A DNA stretch of 63,548 nucleotides, filler included, from Pseudomonadota bacterium (lineage in GTDB: Bacteria > Desulfobacterota > Desulfobacteria > Desulfobacterales > JBDRRP01): assembly GCA_043825735.1 (NCBI GenBank). It is 7 parts of 7 records of this genome, joined end to end, with 100 filler letters (N's around TTAATTAATTAA, not from the genome) between each part and the next. Parts side by side here need not be neighbours in the genome. Positions count along the whole stretch, not along the records: positions 39,532 to 46,432 come from JBDRRP010000023.1; positions 46,533 to 53,124 come from JBDRRP010000026.1; positions 53,225 to 58,123 come from JBDRRP010000029.1; 4 more parts are not named here. The stretch is one strand, 5' to 3'. The translations under genes were made by a program, and so were the position numbers. Of the stretch, positions 45,446-54,146 are shown in pieces. A model generated the notes under the pieces. It saw nothing but the letters and a program-made list of their open reading frames with translations. It had not been told where the DNA came from and did not search any database. Every line of letters starts with the position of its first letter. Within the stretch, counting starts at the first letter, position 1.

Positions 45446-45772
45446 ATGAGCAAAGCCACCGTGAAAGTCGTCAACCCGAAACGCCCGCAGTTTTTCATGA
45501 TCCTGGCCAAATCCGATTTCGAGGCCAATCCGGACAAATACAAGCTGTGGCCCGATCAGGAAATCGCTCAGGCCGAAGTCGAATCCGATGCCCTGGCCGA
45601 GGCCAAAGGCATCCTCATGGGGCTGGCCTCCGCGCTTGAGGTCCCCGTCAAAAAGCAGATGAAGCTTTCCACCATGGCCGGGGCCATCAAAGAGGCGATC
45701 ATCGACCTGCAGGTTGCGCTCGACGAGGCCAAGGACGCTGCGCCAGGTGAATCCGACGCCGACCCCAAGTAA
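45446..45772 (+). CDS. Phage hypothetical protein
   Basis: AAGGAG RBS; position after the capsid gene. Confidence 0.75.
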   Translation: MSKATVKVVNPKRPQFFMILAKSDFEANPDKYKLWPDQEIAQAEVESDALAEAKGILMGLASALEVPVKKQMKLSTMAGAIKEAIIDLQVALDEAKDAAPGESDADPK

Positions 45773-45860
45773 GAGCGCTCCGAAAGGGGGCAAAAGGGCC
45801 GGGGGATAGAGATTATTCCCCCGGCAGCTTCTAAGACCCGGCGTCTTGTGGAGGTAGCTC

Positions 45861-46388
45861 GTGGCAGAACTGATCGTCGAAACAGGGGCCGGGCTTGCAA
45901 CCGCCAACTCATATTGCACTCTTGCGGAAGCCGAAGCCTACCACGCCAGCAGGCCCTACAACACAGCATGGTCAAGCGTCACCGGGGATGCGGCGGACGC
46001 GACAAAAGAGGCCGCCCTTATGTGGGCCACGCGCCTTATTGATATGAATTTCGAGTGGGAAGGTGAGCGCGCCGCCGCAGCGCAGGCGCTTAGCTGGCCC
46101 CGGTGCGATGCAATCAATTGGAACGATCCGTTTCAATCTTACTTTTCACCCGCCGAGCTTCCGAGTTTTTTGAAACCGGCGATCGCAGAGCTTGCGATGT
46201 GGGTTCTTGCCTCAGATCGCAACGCTGAAAACGCAGCCACCGGCATTGATGAAATGGTCCTGGGGCCCCTGGAGTTCAAGTTCAATTCCCGCGACCAGCG
46301 GCCAGTAATCCCCGTCATCGTGCAACAGATGCTTTCCATGTTCGGCGCTTGCGTTGACAGCATGGACATGCAGCTTGAGAGGGCGTAA
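45861..46388 (+). CDS. Head-tail adaptor ('DnaT-like' phage family)
   Basis: LIVETGAGLATANSY, EAALMWATRLID, QALSWPR; GGAGG RBS. Confidence 0.8.
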   Translation: MAELIVETGAGLATANSYCTLAEAEAYHASRPYNTAWSSVTGDAADATKEAALMWATRLIDMNFEWEGERAAAAQALSWPRCDAINWNDPFQSYFSPAELPSFLKPAIAELAMWVLASDRNAENAATGIDEMVLGPLEFKFNSRDQRPVIPVIVQQMLSMFGACVDSMDMQLERA

Positions 46389-46432
46389 ATGGGACTCAGG
46401 CAAGCGGCCAGGGCCGCAGCAGCCGCAGGGTT
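46389..46432 (+). CDS. Start of next phage gene (probable head closure), truncated
   Basis: ATG immediately after the previous stop; open to contig edge. Confidence 0.45.
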
Positions 46433-46532
46433 NNNNNNNNNNNNNNNNNNNNNNNNNNNNNNNNNNNNNNNNNNNNTTAATTAATTAANNNNNNNNNNNN
46501 NNNNNNNNNNNNNNNNNNNNNNNNNNNNNNNN

Positions 46533-46812
46533 GGGCACACCGGATGAAGTTAGAACGGCCACTGATGATTATCGAAACGAAATGGATACGCTATCAGATT
46601 TTCTGAATGATTGCTGTATCGAAGGCCCTTTGCAGGAGGTGAAAACGAAGGATTTATACCCGGCCTATTGCGCTTGGTGCGAAAGCAATGGGGACCGTCC
46701 ATTGGCCAAGCGTTCCTTTGGACTGAGACTGAAGGAGAAAGGATTCGAACAATGCAAGGTTAGTCCAGACCGTTCCAGAGGATGGAATGGTATAGGACTG
46801 CGGACGCAATAG
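46533..46812 (+). CDS. P4/D5-family primase-helicase C-terminus, 5' truncated
   Basis: PDEVRTATDDYRNEMD.LSDF...LY.AY..WC...G...W.GIGL winged-helix tail. Confidence 0.8.
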
Positions 46813-46921
46813 AGGTACCGGACGCAACTGGACGCAAGTTTCAATGTTTTTTTATAAATCTGTCCCATGAGAAAAAACCTCTAATATTGCGTCCCCTTGT
46901 GTCCGGAAGCGAGTTGTGTCC
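46802..46921. repeat. Convergent iterons, putative replication origin
   Basis: GGACGCAA x3 (46802, 46820, 46830), AT-rich spacer, TTG(C/T)GTCC x3 (46887, 46897, 46914). Confidence 0.75.
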
Positions 46922-47254
46922 GGCCTGAGGTTCCCAGCACCCTCATGGCCATCGACAATGAGCAGGCATGGTTATAGGCCAGGCCTGCGCGAGCGTCGGT
47001 AGCGACCAGCACCCCACCGGCCGGTAAAATCAGTTCTGTTGATACAGTTGATTTCCAATCCGGTCCATCATCCTGCGGACCTTCTCTTGCTGAAGAAGTC
47101 ACTATTTGGGCTGCGGACTTGACCAAAATTTTTGTGGATGCGGCGGGGCCTATTCGAGTCTGGAGAGCACTTTAGAAATGCCATTTAAGCGAGCTGAGAG
47201 CGATTCTGGCGTGATGTAACCATTTGCCAAGCAAAACCACAATACTGATATCGG

Positions 47255-48214
47255 TCATGATTTGACATTGATCTCTTTAAGACCTTTTTTTAGTAATGGA
47301 ATAAATATTTTTTTGAATTTAAGCAAATTTTCTATATGCCAATTCTTAATTTGTAATAAATCTTCTTCACTGCTTTCTATTGAACCTTCACGATATATCG
47401 CGATTCTTGATGCTCTTTTATCGTCCAACCGTTCCCAGTCAAGGGGTTGATCAAATTTGTCTTGGATTGATTCTTTTTGTCCTACAAGCCAATCGAATAT
47501 GGCCTTGTTTCTGTCTTTATCAAGAACATCTATATAGAGTTCAGTTCGTGTTTTTTGGCCCATATTGAAGACAGCACCAATCGGAATATTACTGAATCCA
47601 GAAGAGAAGGAATACCAGTTTTGGGGTTGGGCCTTTTTTGCGTTCGTAAAATGGTATTTCTCTCGAAGTTCATCGATTAATGATTGGAAATAGTTCCGAT
47701 AGGCTTCACCCTTCGATGATACATTGGGATTAGGTTGGCGTTTTTTTGATTTCTGCCATTCGTTTGGATAAACCACAGGATTGAAGCTATATGCTGGTTT
47801 TGAGTCGTCAATCTTGAAAACTTCTATTGCCACACCAAAGAACTGCGTATCCTCATCGGTTCTTTGATTAAGCCATTCAAGAGCCTGCCGGTGCTCATCT
47901 CTCACAGTTTCAGACACCCATATGACTGTTGAAGCACTGAATCCAGCGGCATAGGTCAATAATTTCCCAAGGTGATCATGGTCCGTTTGGCAGAGCTGGT
48001 TCTCAATTACCACGGTGTGACCACTGCCCAGATCTTTGGCCAGAAGGTCCAGTGAAAAATCCCCCACTGATGCCTCTTGCCCTTCTATTTCCAGTTCCAT
48101 TCCAAGGGCTTCTCCCAAGGCAGATATGTTTTCTGCGAGCCAGGGCGTGAAATCGGAGGACTCTTTAGGCCAGATTTCTCTCAAGTTTAATTTTGTGACT
48201 TTTCCGAATTTCAT
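47255..48214 (-). CDS. DUF4268-like protein with N-terminal NucS-like nuclease fold
   Basis: DFTPWL, DLLA...VIENQ, DHDHLGKLLTYA, LDWERL; lower GC than the core contigs. Confidence 0.8.
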   Translation of the reverse strand: MKFGKVTKLNLREIWPKESSDFTPWLAENISALGEALGMELEIEGQEASVGDFSLDLLAKDLGSGHTVVIENQLCQTDHDHLGKLLTYAAGFSASTVIWVSETVRDEHRQALEWLNQRTDEDTQFFGVAIEVFKIDDSKPAYSFNPVVYPNEWQKSKKRQPNPNVSSKGEAYRNYFQSLIDELREKYHFTNAKKAQPQNWYSFSSGFSNIPIGAVFNMGQKTRTELYIDVLDKDRNKAIFDWLVGQKESIQDKFDQPLDWERLDDKRASRIAIYREGSIESSEEDLLQIKNWHIENLLKFKKIFIPLLKKGLKEINVKS

Positions 48215-48418
48215 ATGGCACCTTTATGCAAATCTATCAGATCCAGTTTATTCATGGCGGGGTTCCTTAAGGCGGGACTTGAGAAAAAGCATAAGTAAAT
48301 AGTTGTGAAAAGTCAATGAGTTCTGTATGATTTAGCTTTATGCAATTGTTTCGCCGGGGAAAAGAACGCCTATCGTGTATCTTCCGTATTTCCCGGCGGC
48401 TACAAAGGATTTCACCGA

Positions 48419-48601
48419 ATGAGCAAAACCCCAGGAAATGGACAGTGCACCGACCCAACCAAGGAATTAAGCATCAAGATCCCCTGCAGGCTGGCCAAAA
48501 GGGTTGAGGCCTATGCCCTGGAGACCGATAACACCATAGAGGGGGTGGTCATCGAGGCTCTGGATCAATTGTTGCGAAATCGGACGAGCAGATCAGACTG
48601 A
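48419..48601 (+). CDS. Small ribbon-helix-helix-like protein
   Basis: LSIKIP..LAKRVEAYA...IEGVVIEALD strand-helix-helix pattern. Confidence 0.55.
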   Translation: MSKTPGNGQCTDPTKELSIKIPCRLAKRVEAYALETDNTIEGVVIEALDQLLRNRTSRSD

Positions 48602-48655
48602 CGTTTACCTACTGTTATTACATTATATTTCGAACGTGATATTGCACTCAGGACT

Positions 48656-48707
48656 GACTGAACGTGAAAACACCTTCAATCGATTGAACGGAAAAACACG
48701 TTCAATC
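48656..48707. promoter_or_regulatory. Two tandem 26-bp palindromic sites
   Basis: GACTGAACGTGAAAACACCTTCAATC then GATTGAACGGAAAAACACGTTCAATC (22/26 identical; second has perfect 9-bp arms). Confidence 0.7.
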
Positions 48708-48762
48708 GGCTGGGCGAAGATTACCAATCAGATTTGGGTTAAAATCTTAAGAGACTCAAACT

Positions 48763-50856
48763 ATGGGTAAAATGGAAATCCATGACAGGGTATTCCCATT
48801 CGTATGCAGCAATGACGAGTGCAGACACGAGTATGATCTGAAAGACTTCGCAGAGGTCATACAACTATGGGGTTTCATCTATATGACCAAGGGCGAGCAC
48901 ATGCTCCTTGGGCTGACATGCCCCCATTGCATCAAGACCACTGTTCGTAAATACCCAATACTTGCTTACGATTGCTCTATTGATTCATTTGCGCGACTCA
49001 TAAGTCAGTTGAATTTTTTCGTTCCGTTTTCCAAACGAATTCTTTTGGAGCAGGGATTGATTCCTGAAGACGTCAGCAAAGGCAGTGATCCAAATGACTC
49101 ATTTTGTCTGCCAGATTGCTTTGAAGCGATAGCAAACTACCAAAAGATGGTGGAGGGTGAGCACCCGTTCCATATTGCTGAAGATAACATTGAGGATTTA
49201 ATTCAGATTGAAAATGTTAATAAGATCAAGGCGATTCCAAGGATTGTATCTCTCTTCTCTGCCTATAAAGAATGGGATCAGCTATTTACATATTTTGAGC
49301 CGAAAGATGTAGTCCAGCCCATGCGATATGGTTCAATTAACTACGAGCTCTTCCAAGCCTGCACTTGGAGGTATGAAAAACTTCTTCTTCCAGAACTTGG
49401 AGGTCGCAAATCGAGATACTTTAAATTTATCAAAAATGAATTCGACAGCGAAGATTTAAAAGATTTTGATTACGAAGGATCAGTAGAGGAAAATATTTTT
49501 CCGAAATACATTAATCAGGTAGTCCTTGAATATGCGTCATTTCGAAACACACTCGACTTCGAGATTTGCCACAGAGTCAGATTTGAGAATAAGTATGCAC
49601 GTCTTTTATATTATAGAGAAGGAAGTGCCTTTAAGCAAATTGAAAGAAATGCGAAATACGCAGCCGAATTCGCTGATCAGCCTCCAGTAGGTGTTGACGA
49701 ACATGGGATGCCAGTTTACTCGGTCAAAAATTTACCAGCCAGAAATCCAATTATAGTTATCTCAAATTCCAACATTGATGAAACAGCCTCGCATGTTGAC
49801 AACAGGAGAATCGATAAAGCAGAAACACCACCTCGAAAACCCACTCCGCAAAAACGAAGAGAAAAATGGTCTCCCGTTGAATTGGATAGACTAAATAGGA
49901 AAGTCGCTAGGTATGAGAAAGAGTTCCCTGCACTTAAAGTTATCATTACAGCAAACCCACGCATGATGGAGCTGAAATGTTTTATTGCTGAGAAATGCCA
50001 TCATGACATCAATGTTTTGATAACTGGAGAAACTGGTACTGGCAAGGAGTTGTTCGCCAAGGCAATTCACGAAGTCTCCAAAAAGAATGGAGCGAGGCAC
50101 GGCAAATTCAAAGAAATTAACTGTAAGTCAATTCCAGAAAATCTTATAGAAAGCACTTTGTTCGGTCATACAAAGGGATCATTTACTGGGGCAACTAGTG
50201 CAAACCCAGGACTTTTCATGTCTGCTCGTGGAGGCACTCTTTTTCTGGATGAACTTGGAAAAGTGCCAATTCATTTACAAGAGAAGTTGTTGAAAGCTGT
50301 CGAGGACAGGCAGGTTTTGTCAGTCGGTGCAACCGAATCAGTGAAGGTTGATGTGAAGCTTATTTATGCCGCTGGCCCTGATATTTCGAAATTGTGTGGA
50401 GAAGGAAAATTCAGCAAGGATCTCTATTATAGGATCAAGACACACTCCATACACATACCAGCCTTACGAGAAAGACTGGAGGATATCCCCTTTTTAGCAG
50501 ATCATTTCCGCGCCTTTTTCAACAGCAAATACAAGAAGGCGGTGCAAACCTTCTCGCCAGAAATTATTGAGATGCTGAAAGCCTATGATTGGCCGGGCAA
50601 CGTTCGCGAATTGAGTGGAATTATCAATTCCGCAATTTTCCAGGCAAATGGCCAAAACCTCGACCCTGAAAAAGTTAGATCTGTTCTCGCGCCATCGGGT
50701 GAATCAAGTTCCGATCAGCGAAAAACCAACCCCAAAAAGCCCTCTCCCCAAGAAATATTAGCCGCTTTGGAAAAATTCGACGGTAACAAATCCAAAGCCG
50801 CTGATTTTTTAGGAATCGACCGTAGCACCATATACAGAAAACTACCCAAGCCGTAA
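48763..50856 (+). CDS. Sigma54-dependent activator (AAA+ bEBP, Fis HTH) with uncharacterised Cys-rich N-terminal region
   Basis: GETGTGKE, ESTLFGHTKGSFTGA, LFLDE, DLYYRI, WPGNVREL, C-terminal HTH; CSNDEC...CPHC at the N-terminus. Confidence 0.92.
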   Translation: MGKMEIHDRVFPFVCSNDECRHEYDLKDFAEVIQLWGFIYMTKGEHMLLGLTCPHCIKTTVRKYPILAYDCSIDSFARLISQLNFFVPFSKRILLEQGLIPEDVSKGSDPNDSFCLPDCFEAIANYQKMVEGEHPFHIAEDNIEDLIQIENVNKIKAIPRIVSLFSAYKEWDQLFTYFEPKDVVQPMRYGSINYELFQACTWRYEKLLLPELGGRKSRYFKFIKNEFDSEDLKDFDYEGSVEENIFPKYINQVVLEYASFRNTLDFEICHRVRFENKYARLLYYREGSAFKQIERNAKYAAEFADQPPVGVDEHGMPVYSVKNLPARNPIIVISNSNIDETASHVDNRRIDKAETPPRKPTPQKRREKWSPVELDRLNRKVARYEKEFPALKVIITANPRMMELKCFIAEKCHHDINVLITGETGTGKELFAKAIHEVSKKNGARHGKFKEINCKSIPENLIESTLFGHTKGSFTGATSANPGLFMSARGGTLFLDELGKVPIHLQEKLLKAVEDRQVLSVGATESVKVDVKLIYAAGPDISKLCGEGKFSKDLYYRIKTHSIHIPALRERLEDIPFLADHFRAFFNSKYKKAVQTFSPEIIEMLKAYDWPGNVRELSGIINSAIFQANGQNLDPEKVRSVLAPSGESSSDQRKTNPKKPSPQEILAALEKFDGNKSKAADFLGIDRSTIYRKLPKP

Positions 50857-51428
50857 GCAAATCCCTCCTACTGTCGCATTTTCTCTGCCGCAACACTGTT
50901 CACTGTTGCAGCACTCCTGGTTTTGCCACACTTTTTCTCGCCCTAAACCTTCCATAAAACCGGCTACTGCCAGATCTTAACAGCCCGAAATTAATACTTA
51001 TTCACAACACACTTATTTCCCGAATCTCGGTTTGGCCTGCCTTTCTCAATAACAAACGGACAGCAACGCCAAGCAAACAGCCGGCTGCACATAGCCCGAA
51101 AGGAGGTGACACCGGTAAACCGGAGGCTGTTTAGCGAGGCACCCACAAACCACTTAGGAGGCAGGCCATGAAACAAGAAACCGTAGGAAACTGGATCATT
51201 GGAATGTTGGTTGGAGGAATGCTGTCGCTCCGATCAAAAAACGGCGGAACAAACCGCCATTTCACCAAACCACTGGGCTGCGTCATCGCCTTGATGGTGA
51301 TCGGGGCGTTAGGATTAGGGACCTCGACCTTTGCGGGTCTCATCCCCGCCAATACCACCATTAAGATGCCCACTTCCGAGATTTCCGAACCATGGATCTG
51401 TCCTCCGCACTTAACAAGGAGAACTACC

Positions 51429-53045
51429 ATGGAAAAACTTGATCAACCGGGCGAAGCCCAATGGAAAGATGTAAAAAAGTCGGCGATGGAGCTGAGAGAT
51501 CTCGATATTGATTCCATCGAAATCAGTAAGTATCACCCTCGTCTCGATTATGGCGACATCGAAAAACTGCAAGGTTCTTTGCGAAGAGATGGGCTGAAAC
51601 ATCCGCTCGCTGTTTATGAGATTGAGCCTGGGCGGTACGGTATCGAGGATGGTGCACGGAGGCATAAGGCCGCGAAAGGTATGGGTTGGAAGAAGATCCT
51701 TTGCCTCATTAAAAGAGGAATCACTGAGGCTGAGGCCGCTCACTCTTCGTATGTGATAAATGCTGAGCGAAAAACTCTCAGTGCCATCGAAGAGGCTCGG
51801 CATATTCAAACAATGCGGGATACCTTCGGTTACACCTATGATGAGCTTGAACTCAAAGGATATGGGTCGCCAACGTCCATTTCCAACAAGCTCAAGCTTC
51901 TTGACCTTCCCGAAAAGGTTCAGGGGCTGATTCAAGAGAGTAAACTTTCCGCCGCTCACGGACGCGAGTTGGTCAAACTCCCCACCAAAGAAGAACAACA
52001 ACGGATGGCCATCAAGATCGTTGATCACGATTTGACCGTCCGGGTGTCTGGGGCCCGGATCGACCGCTATCTCTCGAAGAAGCGGAAAGAAAAAAAGGAT
52101 CGCCCCAAGGAGATTATCCCTGTAGGCGACATCCCGGGCGTTTACATGAAGGATGCTCGCGACATGGCTGAGCTCCCTGACAAGTGCGTTCACCTTATCG
52201 TCACCAGCCCGCCGTATCATGTCGGGATGGAGTTTGAAGCTGGCGAGACCTTCAAGGAGCATCTGGCCAATGTCGGCGCCGTGATGAAGGAATGCGCGCG
52301 GGTGCTGGCTCCTGGAGGGGTTATCGTTCTGAACGTCGCTGATATCGTCAACTACAAGAGCGATAACGGCACGAACGGAAAAGCACACGTCCAACTGATG
52401 GCGCACCGCTACCAGGCTTTCCTGAAACGCTATGGGGTGCTCCTCACCGACGAAATCATCTGGAAGAAGCGCCCCGTTTGGAACAAAGACCGATACGAAA
52501 CTTACAAGGCGAATACGCCCCACACATCATATCGGATTTTTGACAACTGGGAGCCGGTTTACATCCTCCACAAAAAGGGCGAACGCCAGGTACCTTCAGA
52601 GGAAATCGCTCTGCAATCCCGCCTGACCCGAGAGCAATGGATGACCTACATCAACGGCGTGTGGGAAATCGAGCCCAACCGCAGCACCCATCACGGTCAT
52701 CCCTGCACCTTCCCGGACGAACTCGTCAACCGCCTGGTTCGACTCTTCTCTTTCGTCGGGGACACTGTCCTGGACCCTTTCCTTGGCAGCGGCACTACAG
52801 TCAAGGTGGCCCGTGAACTGGGCCGGGAGGCCATCGGGTACGAGCGAGAGCTTCAGTACAAGGCCGCCATCATGCGAAAGCTGGGTTTGCCTTTCGTGGA
52901 CACGCTCGAAAACGTCCAACAGACCTTGAGCGCCAACAACTGGGCTCCGGATCTGTCCGGCGAGGACAGTTCTACGGAAGTGACTGAGAATCAGGAGACC
53001 GAGGAGGCCTTGCCTTTGGCCGCCGAAGTCGGGGCTGAAGCCTAA
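51429..53045 (+). CDS. ParB/Spo0J-domain plus N4/N6 DNA methyltransferase fusion
   Basis: ParB N-domain (DGARRHKA, IEEA, HTH), then TSPPY, HPCTFP and DPFLGSGTT (beta-class order); AAGGAG RBS; frame open upstream to ATG 51168. Confidence 0.9.
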   Translation: MEKLDQPGEAQWKDVKKSAMELRDLDIDSIEISKYHPRLDYGDIEKLQGSLRRDGLKHPLAVYEIEPGRYGIEDGARRHKAAKGMGWKKILCLIKRGITEAEAAHSSYVINAERKTLSAIEEARHIQTMRDTFGYTYDELELKGYGSPTSISNKLKLLDLPEKVQGLIQESKLSAAHGRELVKLPTKEEQQRMAIKIVDHDLTVRVSGARIDRYLSKKRKEKKDRPKEIIPVGDIPGVYMKDARDMAELPDKCVHLIVTSPPYHVGMEFEAGETFKEHLANVGAVMKECARVLAPGGVIVLNVADIVNYKSDNGTNGKAHVQLMAHRYQAFLKRYGVLLTDEIIWKKRPVWNKDRYETYKANTPHTSYRIFDNWEPVYILHKKGERQVPSEEIALQSRLTREQWMTYINGVWEIEPNRSTHHGHPCTFPDELVNRLVRLFSFVGDTVLDPFLGSGTTVKVARELGREAIGYERELQYKAAIMRKLGLPFVDTLENVQQTLSANNWAPDLSGEDSSTEVTENQETEEALPLAAEVGAEA

Positions 53046-53288
53046 ACCATTAACCAGAACCGGGGCGGGGGCATTCACCTCCGCCCCGGCCTGAAAGGAG
53101 ATCGAAAATGAATCCAATCACCACNNNNNNNNNNNNNNNNNNNNNNNNNNNNNNNNNNNNNNNNNNNNTTAATTAATTAANNNNNNNNNNNNNNNNNNNN
53201 NNNNNNNNNNNNNNNNNNNNNNNNCTCGGCATAAATTATTCCAAAAGACACAATAGACTGAAAACTGAAATTCCGTGTATTATGCGGA

Positions 53289-53312
53289 TCAATCTAAACA
53301 TTGTTAGATTGA
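53289..53312 (+). other. attI-like recombination site
   Basis: TCAATCTAA-ACATTG-TTAGATTGA dyad containing the GTTRRRY core GTTAGAT (53303-53309). Confidence 0.5.
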
Positions 53313-53324
53313 CCGGAGGACATA

Positions 53325-53834
53325 GTGCGGATAAGGCCTGATTGCGCAAGGCTTCCATGGCTCACTGCAGTAGTTGGAATCGCCGGTTTGACTGCAGGCT
53401 TCTTCCTCCAAAGACCGACTTCATGGTCCTGGGCAGATGCGTGGGCTTTGTACCTTGCTGTTGCCGTCATCTCTGGTTTGCTACTTCTCCTCGCATACCT
53501 TGATTGGCGGTGCCATCGCGAGACGTCCATTGCGTCCATGCCACCCGAGTCAACGATAAGATTGCTGGCCCAGCTCGCCGAAAAAGACGGATGGGTTGGG
53601 TCACCGGCTGAGTTCAACAAGTACGCTTCGTGTTTGCTTTACGGTGTGAGCTTTTCAGAGTTTTTGACGAACCCCACTGACTACTATTCGTCGCTCATGT
53701 CGGGCGGGTTAATCGAAATTGCGAGTGTGATGGACTACGGAAATCGACCAGACGGGACGCCGGATACAACGTTATACGTTATGTTGACACCGAAGGCGCA
53801 AAGGGTGCTTTGTATGGCGCAATCTAACCTATAA
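53325..53834 (+). CDS. Integron-cassette ORF: two TM helices plus soluble C-terminal domain
   Basis: GGAGGA RBS just after GTTAGAT; gene end overlaps the inverse core ATCTAAC. Confidence 0.7.
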   Translation: MRIRPDCARLPWLTAVVGIAGLTAGFFLQRPTSWSWADAWALYLAVAVISGLLLLLAYLDWRCHRETSIASMPPESTIRLLAQLAEKDGWVGSPAEFNKYASCLLYGVSFSEFLTNPTDYYSSLMSGGLIEIASVMDYGNRPDGTPDTTLYVMLTPKAQRVLCMAQSNL

Positions 53835-53878
53835 GGATTGACACGACCTGCAAGGTCGTTTTCAATCTATTGTTCAAG
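53822..53878 (+). other. attC-like site 1 (imperfect, 57 bp)
   Basis: R'' ATCTAAC complements the cassette's own GTTAGAT; stems GATTGA/TCAATC and ACGACC/GGTCGT; ends GTTCAAG. Confidence 0.6.
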
Positions 53879-54146
53879 AAGCCCGGATAGGGCGCACCAT
53901 TTATTAAGGGTAATGATTTAAGAGGTATCAGGGTGGGTTTTGCCGGAGTATAATGTTGCCGGCAAAGAATCAGGGTCGGCCGGTAAAATCGAACCGTTTA
54001 TTTTCAGAATCAGCTAAAAACCGACCGTTCTTTGACAAGTAGAACCGGACAGCGCATCGTTTTGGCAGCCACAGAGCGCAACTATCCTGTGCCGTCGGAT
54101 TATCAGACAGCGGATTGATGAAAGTAAAACAGCCTTAAATCCTCCT

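Noticed and set aside
53060..53090. Terminator after the ParB-MTase
   Set aside because: Strong stem but no T-tract, and an RBS and ATG follow; more likely an intra-operon stability hairpin
53890..53920. dif-like site near the IS91 end
   Set aside because: Only weak similarity to XerC/XerD arms
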